The translations under genes were made by a program, and so were the position numbers. 64,000 nt of DNA from Octopus sinensis. Taxonomy: Eukaryota. The notes beneath the pieces are model-generated. The model saw nothing but the letters and a program-made list of their open reading frames with translations, searched no databases and was not told the DNA's origin. This document shows positions 28,548 through 40,574 of the stretch, piece by piece; the stretch's first letter is position 1; each line of letters begins with the position of its first letter. The stretch is taken from assembly GCF_006345805.1 (NCBI RefSeq), contig NC_043000.1, positions 107,632,001 through 107,696,000 of the forward strand. Reading direction: 5' to 3'.

Positions 28548-28552
<5 letters not shown>
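28278..28552. mobile_element. Fold-back element between (TA)n tracts: 75-bp inverted arms (28318-28392 / 28472-28546), spacer carrying a decayed hammerhead-like motif; probable PLE terminus
   Basis: Arms read directly (~88% identity). The spacer contains TTGAGGA-t-GGG..CCC-GAAA. Confidence 0.6.
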
Positions 28553-28608
<56 letters not shown>

Positions 28609-28658
28609 TTATGTATATCTGTATATATATATATATATATTATATATATATATATTAT

Positions 28659-28695
<37 letters not shown>

Positions 28696-30169
28696 GTAAG
28701 TATATGCGTATTTCAGTATAGTTACACATACAGACAAGTATTAACTGAAGCATTACTGCTATCATTAGGTAGAATATAAAATTTATACTTATAAGAAATC
28801 GGTTGACTTCGATTCTCACGGTGTCTACGATTTGACAGACAGTAAAAGATTTAGTTTTTTGAGCTGCTTTATATGCATTGGTTCATTATGTTGTATTAAT
28901 CTATTGAATGCACCGTAAGTGCTGCTTATTAGTATTTTTCTTTGTGGGTTCCATTACCATCACGGGCAGCACGTTTTTTCGTGAAGAAGACATTTCATTT
29001 CACATTGCTGCTAGGCCTCCTTTTGATCAATGGGGAATGTTGACCTGCTCACCTAACTAGCGTGTAGTGTCATTCGACAGTTAAAACGATGCAAAGCACA
29101 TTGTGACCTGTGATTTGCAAGAACCTCTGACAGTCTGCTCAGTCACGTGATCACGTGATATATAAGAAAGTGTTATCAGTTAGAAAGAGGAGAACCAGGT
29201 AACGTTTCAAAGTGTATTCTTGTATTTGAAAGGTGGCTAATTGTAAACTATGTCGTAAATTTTCTTCATGCATCCTATATTTGCTAGCGCTCTGACAAAA
29301 TTAGACGAGTGTTTACCATTTTCTGAATGATATTAGAGAAAATGTCTCTAAATAAATTGGGTACAGGGTGAGCGTTCATGAATATATCTTTTACATTTGA
29401 CGCATGGTAGATTTTGTAAGCACCTAATTTTACACTCAGTGAGAGAATCTACTTACGTTGGTAACTACATTAAAACTCATTCCTTGCCCTTTGAAAATGT
29501 CCATGAGACTTTTACTAAGGACGTGTTGACAGTGATCAACGCAAATGTATGATACGGTCAATCCATCATCTCAGTGCAAGTTGATGCTGGAATTAGCGAA
29601 ATTAGTTTTAAGTGATTCAGAATATACCGGCCAACTAGATCGCATAAGTCAGCGTTATCTTAATACACATCAAGTCATCAAACAGATCCACAGATTTAGA
29701 TTTTCTGATTCAGGTTAGGTTTCATGCGCATGCGTGATTAACACAATCTCAACATCATGAATACTGACAATGAATACTAAGAAATTTTATGAACGTAATC
29801 TGTAGATATTTAGATATCGGTAAGGAGAAGTACGCAACATCGACTTCTGTCATTGGAGCTCTAGCCTTAATTCTGGCTTTGAGCCAACAGATAAACGTGT
29901 TACTGCTAGTTCATTGCTTTAAGCTCAGTTATCATGGTGACGTTGTTATTTATATATCTTAGTAGTTTTGCAAATATTAATAACCCATAGGAAATGCCTA
30001 AAAATGAAATATGAAATATTTATTGGATGTAATCACGTTGATAAATTTATACAAAACTAGTACAAAATTCTGTCGTTGCTAAACTATCGTCTACTTCGAT
30101 AGACACTCGGAAATTAACGTTTCTCAGGTTTCCTTACGCATATTTGAGAGTAATTTTTTGCATTGGACG

Positions 30170-30171
<2 letters not shown>

Positions 30172-30245
<74 letters not shown>

Positions 30246-30262
30246 CACACACACACACGTAT
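30172..30262. repeat. (CA)n microsatellite
   Basis: Direct reading. Confidence 0.97.
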
Positions 30263-30411
30263 ATACATATATTCTTTATTGTTTTACATTCATGCTGGGG
30301 CACAACTGTTACTATGTTCCCTTTTCACAGATTTTTTAGGTGGTCGATTTCTTTTGGGTTGTGGGATTACTTATCACCATTCTTTCACGTTATATTTTTC
30401 TTGGTTCCTTA

Positions 30412-31275
30412 AATCCTTAAAAATGTTTTAGCCCGAAGGCCGCGGCCATGCTGGGGCACCACCGCTGAATGAGCTACACTAATATGTGAATCCACCTCTG
30501 ATACGTGGCACTTGATCAACAAGGGAGTTCGATGCTGCTGCCCGCATCTGCGTCTCCTGTCGTGAGGTAGGTTCAACTGGGACTCCCGACAAGAAGAGAT
30601 CCAGTTTAGTTTTAAAGAAACCCACATCCACAGCATGTAAGTCTCTCAGGCATTTAGGGAGGATGTTAAAGAGCTGTGATCCTCTGAAACCCAAGCTGTT
30701 GCAGTATCTGGACCTGTATTTTGATGGTGATGTTGGAATCTTTGGAACCATGCAGTGGCGCCCCGTTCTGCGATTGGGGTAACTTTGAATGCCAAAGTTT
30801 GGGACAAGACCCTCCAGGATTTTCCAGATGTATATCACCGCATATCTCTCCCGCCTCCGCTCTAGGGAGAAGAGGTTTAATACTTTCAGTCTTTCCCAGT
30901 AGCTGATATTTTGCATTGAGACGATCTTCTTTGTGTAGCTTCTCTGAATTGCTTCGAGTTCTGCTGTTAGTTTTATATTGTGTGGTGACCATAGTTGGGA
31001 GCAGTAGTCCAAGCGGCTGCGGACGAATGTTTTTCAGTGTCTCCTCTCTTGTTCTGAAAGTTCGGAGAATCCATCCAGCTAGCCGTCTGCATTTTATCAC
31101 CAGATTAGTAATATGCACTTAGAAAGATGCATCATTGCTCATGTCAATGCCCAGGTCACGCACTGATTTTGACTCAGGGATAGCTGTTCTTTCTGGGCCA
31201 GTGTATCCAGTCTGCACGTCGTTTACCTTATTGATTGTTGACTTATTTCTAAGCTGTTCAGACGCAATGTATCTC
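30412..31275 (-). mobile_element. 5'-truncated CR1-group LINE, 3' ~0.85 kb including the terminus
   Basis: VRDLGIDMSNDASF..HITNLVIKCRRLAGWILRTF; LDYCSQLWSP..LEAIQRSYTKKI..SYWERLKVLNLFSLERRRERYAVIYIWKILEGLVPN..RGSQLFNILP..FKTKLD; short 3' UTR with a ttaagga-repeat tail. Confidence 0.9.
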
Positions 31276-31413
31276 GGTAGTCAAATTTGTGATCCGCTGC
31301 ATGAATTGTTGAAGCACCCATGAGTTGGCCTCTTTTTGACAATTTCTTCAAAAAAAAAACATTGAGAATTCAGTTTAATTTTGCAGTTTTTAAAACTCGT
31401 CATAAAATACAAC

Positions 31414-31454
<41 letters not shown>

Positions 31455-31704
31455 TATAGTTTCGAATATGTGTGAATGTGTATAGAATAATATATCAATT
31501 GAATAAAGTTAAAACATGGTCTAGTTTTCACGTTTTTTATTATGGTATTTTAACACTAAAAAAATATTTTTTAATGCTCATGAAGTTAAAGTACCGCTTT
31601 GATACGTAGTATAATCATCAGCTCTCAAAAGTGTTTAAGTGACACACACACTTATATATATATATATGTGTGTGTGTGTGTACGTATAGGTGCGCGCGCG
31701 TGTA

Positions 31705-31972
31705 TGAGTGTGGCAGAATCGATCGTGAAGAGAGATAAAATGCTTAACCGCACTTCGTCCGTCTTTACGGTCTGCGTTCATATTCTTCTGATAGTCGACT
31801 TTATCTTGCATCATTTCGGCGTCGCTAAGTTAAGGATCAGTTGAGTACTAGGATCGATGTAATCGACTTGCATCCTCTCCACAAATTGCGCCTATAGTAT
31901 GAAGAATTATACATAAAAGCACTGATCCAGCATGGCTGCAGTGAAATGACTGAAACAAGTAAAAGAATAAAG
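31705..31972 (+). mobile_element. Old SINE family A copy followed by a family B 3' tail
   Basis: Degenerate head and central domain, then ccagcatggctgcagtgaaatgactgaaacaagtaaaagaa. Confidence 0.55.
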
Positions 31973-32124
31973 GAATATATATATATATACACATATATAT
32001 TTATTTATAGATTTAAAAGAATATGGTACTTAACTTAGATGCACCAGAATTTTTTATGGTATTAACCATAAAATTATGTGGGGTGATTATAACCAAGAAG
32101 AAAACAACAAGAATGGATTGGTAG

Positions 32125-32211
32125 TTTAGTACAATTGTTTCATACTATAAACATTTTATTTAAAGCTGCAAATATTACAGCAAATATAATGTCAAGTATT
32201 CTTCAGCTAAA
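32125..32211 (-). ncRNA. Type I hammerhead ribozyme (predicted), mirror copy in the left arm
   Basis: Exact reverse complement of 32404-32490. Confidence 0.8.
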
Positions 32212-32403
32212 TTTCATATAGGTTTTCCAAGCATCTTAGAGAGAGTAAATATCCTTATGAAGTTATATATAATTTTAAAACTTTGTATTATTGGAAAACA
32301 TATACATTCTGCTTGGAATATTACTTCAAATTCATGGAACTCACTCCTATAACTTCATAAGGATATTTACTCTCTCTAAGATGCTTGGAAAACCTATATG
32401 AAA

Positions 32404-32490
32404 TTTAGCTGAAGAATACTTGACATTATATTTGCTGTAATATTTGCAGCTTTAAATAAAATGTTTATAGTATGAAACAATTGTACTAAA
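32404..32490 (+). ncRNA. Type I hammerhead ribozyme (predicted)
   Basis: Stem I TTTAG/CTAAA; core CTGAAGA (32409-32415); stem II ATACT/AGTAT with a long extension; GAAA (32474-32477); palindromic stem III ACAATTGT; GUA cleavage triplet at 32483-32485. Confidence 0.8.
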
Positions 32491-32522
32491 CTACCAATCC
32501 ATTCTTGTTGTTTTCTTCTTGG

Positions 32523-32585
<63 letters not shown>

Positions 32586-32591
32586 GTATAT

Positions 32592-32772
32592 AGGGAGAAT
32601 TCATGAAAAAAACAAAAGACAAAGACAGGTGGCGTAGAAAACAAACAGATGTATTAGTATAACACTCAGGAATTGAAAAAAGTCTTTTACGTTTCGAGCC
32701 TACGCTCTTCCACAGAAAGGAACACAGAAAGAAACAAGGAGAGAAAAAATGTGTGTAGTGGCTACCGATCTA
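32592..32772 (-). mobile_element. PLE-type terminal fragment in (TA)n with a minimal hammerhead-like motif (32684-32719)
   Basis: Minus strand reads CTTT-CTGTGGA-A-GAGC gtag GCTC-GAAAC-GTA-AAAG: stems I, II and III present, one substitution in the core. Confidence 0.55.
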
Positions 32773-33989
32773 TATATATATGTATGTATATGTATATGTG
32801 TATGTGTGTGTGTGTGATTGTGGGGTGACTCCATATTTTATAGTAAAACATCTTGTGATCTAAAATGTCTTGCGCTTCGAAAGCCTCATTAATTTCAGTA
32901 TTGTTGTACAAAAGGTGTTTTGAATATCTTCCCTTTCTCTACAGTGATATTAGTTAAATGTTGAACAAGTGTAAAGTGTGGATCAATAATTCGTTTCGTG
33001 GAGTGCATACAGATGTATGTGCATTGGCGAAATAAGTTTTCCTCTGTGGCTTGGTATTCAGATATGTTTTCGGGGGCAAGCGGGGAACATTATGCGTGCG
33101 TGCGTACACACACACAGAGTTGGACACACACACGCACACACATGCACACCCACACACCAATACTCATGGATAATCCTGGTCACCAATTATATACTACTTT
33201 TCAATCAAAATGTTGTATATTTGTGTATCCCTTCATCTTTATTCAAAATATATGCAAACGAAATGAAGCTGATATAACAAGAACGAACAAACATGTCTCA
33301 GAGAAAGGTGATGTGCTACATAAAAAAACAATATCTTAACGTGAATTAAACTTAGATTTTCTACCGAGTTCTTCGGAAAATTAATTAATTCTATTTGCTG
33401 TTTAAGTAAATTGCGCTGCAAGCTTGCATTAAATATATGTTTTAAGATATTTCAATATTATTAAAAATAAGTTTGTTTTATAAAAAAAAATATCAAATAA
33501 TATTCATTCAAATATTGTTAAAACTAATCCACATTTTGAACGAGAGAAGATAAAAGAATATGTCTACATAGAGAATGTACACATGCAAGACACATTTGTA
33601 CAGAGTGAAGCGAATTAATTTATCGATCACATAATCTTCTTTATATTATTGTATGTATGGACCTGGCAAGTAAGCTCCTGAATTAAATATATTGTATTAT
33701 CGAGTGTTTTATTTTTATTAATTTCTTTCCCATTCGGCCGGGAATTGAAATTCTGTCGGTTGTAACAAACTGTTCAATTATCTAGCTTTCGTTAGGCAAA
33801 TAGAATAGGATTTGGAGGTATTATCTACGTTGTTTCTGTGGTCGAGACGCATCATCCCCACACAAGTAAAGTACCATCCATCAAACCTGCATTGAATCTA
33901 TAAATCATTCCTTTGGAGCTCTACCAACCATATCTCTTTTGATAGCATCCCTTCCAAATTAAATAAATAAATAAATAAAACCGCCACAC

Positions 33990-34210
33990 ATATGAAGAAA
34001 AATTCTACCGCATCATTCCTTTAAACATAGGCAGTACTCAGTCGAATTCCTCCCCTCAGTTGTTCTAAATGCAGGACCTCCCTATCACTGAAAACATCTA
34101 CTTGTGAAAGCACATCCTGAACATACCTAGAAACGCACGTCAAACACTGGCCCTTCTCTTTACGTTCAGAGAATGTCAGCTCTCACAAGCTGCAGATACT
34201 CTGTCTAAAA
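33990..34210 (+). mobile_element. CR1/Jockey-group LINE remnant
   Basis: LPITENIYL*KHILNIPRNARQTLALLF resembles the I..NLSW..HI..I...A...L..L segment after the RT core. Confidence 0.45.
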
Positions 34211-34236
34211 ACTAAACTGAGGCCCATATATAAATA

Positions 34237-34470
34237 ATAGGCGCAGGAGTGGCTGTGTGGTAAGTAGCTTTATAGGCGCAGGAGTGGCTGGGTTGCAAGT
34301 AGCTTGCTTACATGGTTTCGGGTTCAGTCCCGCTGCGTGGAACCTTGGGCAAGTGTCTTCTACTGTAGTCTCGGGCAAACCAAAGCCTTGTGATTAGATT
34401 TGGTAGACGAAAACTGAAAGAAGCCCGTCGTATATATGTATATGTATATATATGTGTGTGTGCTTGTGTG
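34237..34470 (+). mobile_element. SINE family B, 5' half with a tandemly duplicated head
   Basis: ataggcgcaggagtggctg..aagtagctt occurs twice (34237, 34272), then the normal body up to the internal (TA)/(TG) tract. Confidence 0.85.
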
Positions 34471-36969
34471 TGTAATACTAAGAAGAAAATACAATTTTTT
34501 AAAACTTGACAGATGTTTCAGGAAACCGAGGGTCTAGGAAAGCACTTTTTTTTTCTTTTGATTATAATTATTGGTCCCGTAATTACTCTATAGATCTCTC
34601 CGATACAACCATGAGATATTCGGACTCTGCTCAGGTTACCATCCTGGTTTGTCTTTCTCTCCTCTTTTATATAATTCAGTACGTTCCAAGCCTACCGGGA
34701 GATCCGTACGCTCTTCTCACAGCCATGTCTCGACTGTTCGCCGAGGTTTTGCATACATTCTTTAAGAATTATAATCTTTCTGTCATTCAAAAATAGCACT
34801 AAAAAAACTAACTTCTTGCGTATGACAACGTAAATACGAACCTATATTACTCTTATCATAAACCGGATAAGTCCTTACAATTTATCATTGTCATGATTAA
34901 TTCCTAATACTAGACTAAAAGCGAAATTCGCACTTCCCTTTCTTAGTGCAGAATCTAAGCCCATCAGGTTTGCCTCCACTCACCCACATTCCATCCCTCT
35001 GGAACTGAATTGTTACGGCCAGTTGTCGCCCAGTATTCCAGTCGTCTTGGAGGCTGAGTTACCTCCAGTCTTCATCCTTCCCAGGGAAACCTGCCCATCA
35101 TTAGATCACGTTCTAGGCCCTACAAGGGTGGAACACGGAAGGTCTTATGGTTTGAGCCGCCATTCTCTCTCCAGGTTAAATCTTAAGCTCCAATTTCCCA
35201 CTACACCATAAATACTACCCCATCTTCAATAAATCTTCGATTAAAATCTTGTACTCCTACAACGCCAAACTTGGGATCTATAATTGCTTCTTCCAATAGG
35301 CGCAAACTTAGTCGCCTTACTGTCGGCCCTACGAACCATTCATGTGGACCCCGCACTAACTCGCCAGATACTAATATTATAAGCTTCGGGAATGCTACGC
35401 ACTTCCTTAATAACAACCCTGGTGCAATCACCCCTAGTACTAGTAACCCTAACACATGTGACAGCGGTGACGCCCTCTCACAGCCTCATGCTAGTAACGA
35501 TGGCTCCTCCGAGAATAACTTACCACATGAATCACTTAGAATAGAGATTGATCCTCAGCCCACCTCCAGCGGATAATACTCTAATTGTAGGGTCTCCCAA
35601 CTACACCAGTTGGATGGAGTTTGTTTACGCTATAATGTCGAGTAATAATACCGAGTTCTAACCTCGAGTAATAAATACCGAGTAATAAGTCCACGTTCCC
35701 ACCAGGCTTGGGTTTACAATGGCGGTGCTGGTGATTTCAAGCGTCGCTAGCGGGTTCACTCGAATTCATTCTCAAATGGAACCTCTATACTCTCTACCAT
35801 CACACACCACGTCACGTCCCAGAATATTCCCTATATCTAGTTTCAATCTCAGGCACTGCTACATGAAGTGCTTCTGCCAACCTTTTCTTGATGGGAGGAA
35901 TCTGTTTACTGGTTGAGTACCCAGGGAATTTTGCAGACTCCATTGGCAAATTATGAACAGCTATTAAAACATGTATTTTCTTCTTAGTATTCTGTATTTT
36001 TATGCTCTATGTAAATATATATATGAATACATATTTATATGTATATGTGTGTGTGTGCCGAGCCTAATTGCATTGCTACCTACATATCCCCACACCTACA
36101 CACACACACATACACACACACACACACACACAGATATATATATATATTATATATATGTGTGTGTATGTGTATGTGGGCATATGTAAGTATATTTGTCAGT
36201 AATAGCATAATTTTCAGTTTGCTTCAGCTTTGATCGTTCTAATGAAACAGAACTTCATACTTCACAGTATTAAAATCTGTAGCAATTGTTCTAAGTGAAG
36301 ATAAATATACACATTTGTGTGGAACTGAATTCATAACAGCGTCGCATTTTATCTCTTCGCGGTTTGATGCAATGTTTGCCAAGCGGTTTTAATTGTCTTC
36401 TATCGTTTATCGATTCCCATACTTTCAACTGATTTTCTTTCACAAGATCGATATTTTCAGTGACAAGCAAAAATAGTTGATGCGCTGTTTATTTTGACCC
36501 CGTTACTGCCCGTGTTACTAACTGTCTGCTTTCTCAGTAATCCTTGTATCTAATAAAAATCTCACTTCTCGGTTCATTCACGAGTAACATTTCATACCAC
36601 CTTTCAGACATTATGTCTGCTGTTTGGGAGGATGTCTAACTTGAGACAGAAAGTTACAAGGTATAATAATATATCTGTTTATATATCCTGAACGTTTTCG
36701 TTGGAATTCAATTAAGACATTAGATCACTTGAAAGCTTCTCATTATGAGGAATTATTAGCTTAAAAATAAATCAATAAAATCGATGTTACGAGGAAGCTT
36801 GGATCAGAGTGTCGGGAAAAACGTAAAACAAAAAAGCCAAAAGAAAATACCAAAAGGTAAGAACAGACAAACAAATTTACATAAAACTTTACTAACTGCG
36901 TTATAGGATTGCCATCTCTGCCGGAAAACCTTATTCCGTATGTTATTTACGTCATAAGAATGTAGATAC

Positions 36970-37367
36970 CAGGAGTGGCTGTGTGGTAAGTAGCTTGCTA
37001 ACTAACCACATGGTTGCGGGTTTAGTCCCACTGCGTGGCATCTTGGGCAAGTGTCTTCTGCTATAGCCCCGGGCAGACCAATGCCTTGTGAGTGGATTTG
37101 GTAGACGGAAACTGAAAGAAGCCTGTCGTATATATGTATATATATATATGTATGTGTGTGTGTGTGTTTGTGTGTCTGTGTTTGTCCCCCTAGCATTGCT
37201 TGACAACCGATGCTGGTGTGTTTACGTCCCCGTCACTTAGCGGTTCGGCCAAGAGACCGATAGAATAAGTACTGGGCTTACAAAGAATAAGTCCCGGGGT
37301 CGATTTGCTCGACTAAAGGCGATGCTCCAGCATGGCCACAGTCAAATGATTGTAACAAGTAAAAGAG
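36970..37367 (+). mobile_element. SINE family B, full length (~400 bp): tRNA-like head, CORE-like ccttgggcaagtg motif, internal microsatellite, LINE-like tail
   Basis: Matches the other B copies end to end; tail gatgctccagcatggccacagtcaaatgattgtaacaagtaaaagag. Confidence 0.92.
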
Positions 37368-38059
37368 TATACCTCGAGAGAACGTGAAATATATCATTTT
37401 TAACAGTGAAAATCGAAGTAGTTAAAGTTAAAAATAATATCTTATCAGCAGCCTTTGACATTTTGTAACCAAAATATTTTTAGAACCCAATATTTACACA
37501 CTATTATTTATAGCTTTATCTACCTAGAGTCTAGCGTTTAAAACGAATCATTTCTTATTCAGTATAGTTTACGTTATTAGACACACAATCGAATTCTCAT
37601 TGAAACTATTTAAAGATCCACTTTAGTATAATAACGACTCACAATATCAAATTAAATACTTAAATCTATTGAGATCGATACGCTATTGTTCCTTATTTAA
37701 AAGTCATTCCTGTCCCATGAAGACGACTAACTTTGCATACCGTCATAAGACAGTATGATAGAATGCCACACAATATTCGCTCTGAGTTCAAATCTTACTG
37801 ATGTCTTTTGTCTAAGGACAAAGTCTTTCATCACGGTGGTGGTGGTGGTGGTGATGGTGGTGGATCTCTGTCGGTTGACAATGAGGATCCACTTGTTTGA
37901 TCAACTGAGTTACCTGCTCCTGAATTAACGTTTAAGTGGCTAAGCAAACCAGACACCTGTACTCTTCACGTACTTTCCGGGCAAAATCAAAGTGACACCG
38001 GTACCGCTCCCATCCCATCCATCCCACCCCTGATTGATTAGTACACCATTTCCGTCTAT

Positions 38060-38620
38060 CCACTTTTACTCGAAAATACTCAGGGAAGAGAGTTTGGTCC
38101 TGCCGATATCTAAGCAGGAGGACAGAGACCCGAACTTTCGGATCTTCAGATCTCTAGATCTCTCAGCCTTTCTCAATAGTTGCATGACTTGGACACTGTC
38201 TGGGACCTTCGGTATCTGGACCCTTCGCAGGATTCTATTTTACTATTTGTCGGATTTCGTATCTTACCAATGACTATACTTAGAAACAGGGATGCGACCT
38301 CTTACTTGTATGATTCGGGAGTGCCAACTCAGACATGCTTGGTCATGTTCATCGATTTTCCGAGTTGAATCCTGGGTATCCTGTTACCTTCTCTGGGAAT
38401 CCAGCTGAGGTGTCGGCTTGTGCCTCATGGTCATAGCAGATGAGGAAGTATCTCGCAGAGACGAGAACTAACTGGTACACTGCTCGGAGAGTTGCTATGG
38501 ATAACCCGAGCAAATACTGACAAATGGTGATGCAGCAACCTGACTTTTTCTCTGAAAGTATGCGTCTGCCCGAGTCCACAAAACATGACAATCGCCCAAG
38601 ATGCAACGCAGTGGGATCGT
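38060..38620 (-). mobile_element. Highly decayed CR1-like LINE fragment
   Basis: KIES....NY*ERLRDLEI resembles the KIE.VQR...YWERL..L motif; GC-richer than the flanks. Confidence 0.35.
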
Positions 38621-39090
38621 ACCCGAGTTCTCGTTGAAGTAGAACTTATCTATTAACTTTTCGACTGTACTTTACATATCCTGCATTGTAAAATAAGAAA
38701 TATCATCGTTTGAATCAAAGTGAAATTTATAAAGGAGGTAATTTATGTATCGACGAGAAAAGAAAATAAAGCAGCATAGTTGACATAAAATGAATACGAA
38801 CACTAAATTAGAACATAATACAGATACAGGCATGATTGTTGTGAACAACATGGAATCTGGTTCAATCCCAATTGCGCGATACCTTGGGCAAGTGGCTCCT
38901 ACTGTTATCCTGGACCGACCAATGCAATGTAAGTGAAGCGGATTGAGGGAAACTGTATGGAAAACCCGTCACACACACACACACATATATACACATATAT
39001 ATTTGAATGTATGTGCATATGTATATGCAAGCTTGTGTGTGTATATATATGTCGGTTTGTGTGTGTGTGTATATATATAATAATATAAGT

Positions 39091-39137
<47 letters not shown>

Positions 39138-40108
39138 GTGCATATCTACACACATACATGTACATGCCTACATATATATGTATACATACATGCATATATG
39201 CGAACAGGACATTAAAAACATGTGTACAAAATGAGAAACGAGAATATAAAAATCAAAAGCATGGAAAACGAACTTTATTTCGAACAACGAAAGAAACAAA
39301 TAGTGAAACGAGACAGGCAACATAAAGAACATTCCCTTCATCAGTTGTACATGTACATATAGACACGCAAACATAACACTATAGCCACACATACACGAAA
39401 AAAATACATATACAAGTGCAAATGAGTACGACTACATATACATACTCGTGTGTATATGTCTACGTTGGAAATACATACATATAAATCAGCAAGCGTAAGA
39501 AAGAAAAAGGAAATATATCTATCTATATATATATATATATATATATTATATCTCTGTATTTTTCTTTGTTCTCTACGACTTGAAAACCAATGTTGGCTTG
39601 TTTACGTACTCTTAGCATAGAAATTTGGTAGAAGAACCCAATAGAATAATAGCAGATGTAAAATGAGCTTTGTGGTGGATTTGTTTGATTAACCCTAACA
39701 AGGCTGTGCTCCAGCATGACTGCATTCCTCTGACTGAAACATGCAAAAGAGTTAACAGTAAGATAGTATAAGGGGTTACGAGTGAAAGATAGTCACTCCG
39801 AGTTTCTCATGCTCCTGCTTATTACCATGCAGCCCATACATAATTCTTTTATAAACTATATAGCATTTCGGCGAAATATATTTGTGGTGGTGAGGAACTT
39901 GATAATTATGAGCTATGGTATCCGAACAGTGTTTAAAAATAAGTTGATAGAAATAACAGGAAATATTGATATCTAATCTCGGTAAAGATATCTAATTTAA
40001 GTGAAGAGTCGAAAAGAAGACTCTTTTAATTGAAATTCATGAGATTTCTCTGATATATTTTCCTGTTAAAGATTAAATCGGCTTTAGTCGCTTTTCTAAA
40101 AAAGAAAA

Positions 40109-40350
40109 ATGTGCAGTGAATACGAAAACCTTCGTCTGAAAAATCACGCCGACAATCGGAGGGTTTTGCCTGAGCTGGGAATCCGTCATTCTCTGGAAAA
40201 ACTTCAAGTGGTTCACAAACCAATTAAACGCAAAGCACAGTGGACACGAATGGCTTGCAAAAGATTATCTGTGCCCTCTATCACAGATGAAGATTCAATC
40301 AGTGTTGGTGCTGTGAGGCGTTCTTGCAGATTGAGAGGAGAGAAACCATC
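40109..40350 (+). CDS. Candidate host exon or pseudogene piece resembling the N-terminal YE..R..N...N...L..LG / RRS.RL.G..P motif of CDCA7-, WDR76/Cmr1- or SRA-domain-type nuclear proteins
   Basis: MCSEYENLRLKNHADNRRVLPELGI...KPIKRK...VRRSCRLRGEKP; A at -3 of the ATG; possible acceptor ttttcctgttaaag at ~40070. No convincing donor site and no downstream exons found. Confidence 0.35.
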
Positions 40351-40574
40351 CGAACAAATAGAACAATTTCTAACCGAATTCTGTCTTCGTTTTATTTTCT
40401 TGCACAAAATCTGAAACTTGTTCATGTACATGTGTGTGTATGTGTGTGTATTAGGTTTGTATGTATGTATCTATCTATATGTGTGTGTGTGTCTGTGTGT
40501 GTGTGTATGTGTGTATATATATACACACACTTAAACATATATGTATGTATATATAATCTATTTTTTCTTCTCTT

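Larger units (their letters stand above)
32086..32529. repeat. Perfect 182-bp inverted repeat (32086-32267 / 32348-32529) with 80-bp spacer; probable PLE pseudo-LTR with inverted copy
   Basis: Base-by-base comparison of the arms found no mismatch; bounded by TA-repeat tracts. Confidence 0.95.

Noticed and set aside
29140-29160. Tandem E-box CACGTGATCACGTG
   Set aside because: Appears to be the terminal repeat of a retroposon fragment; there is no gene context to support a regulatory role.
34600-35930. GC-richer block with ORFs 35271-35576 and 35201-35455 and a KPDKS motif at ~34860
   Set aside because: Possibly a PLE 5' region, but the motif order is inconsistent and no domain can be supported.
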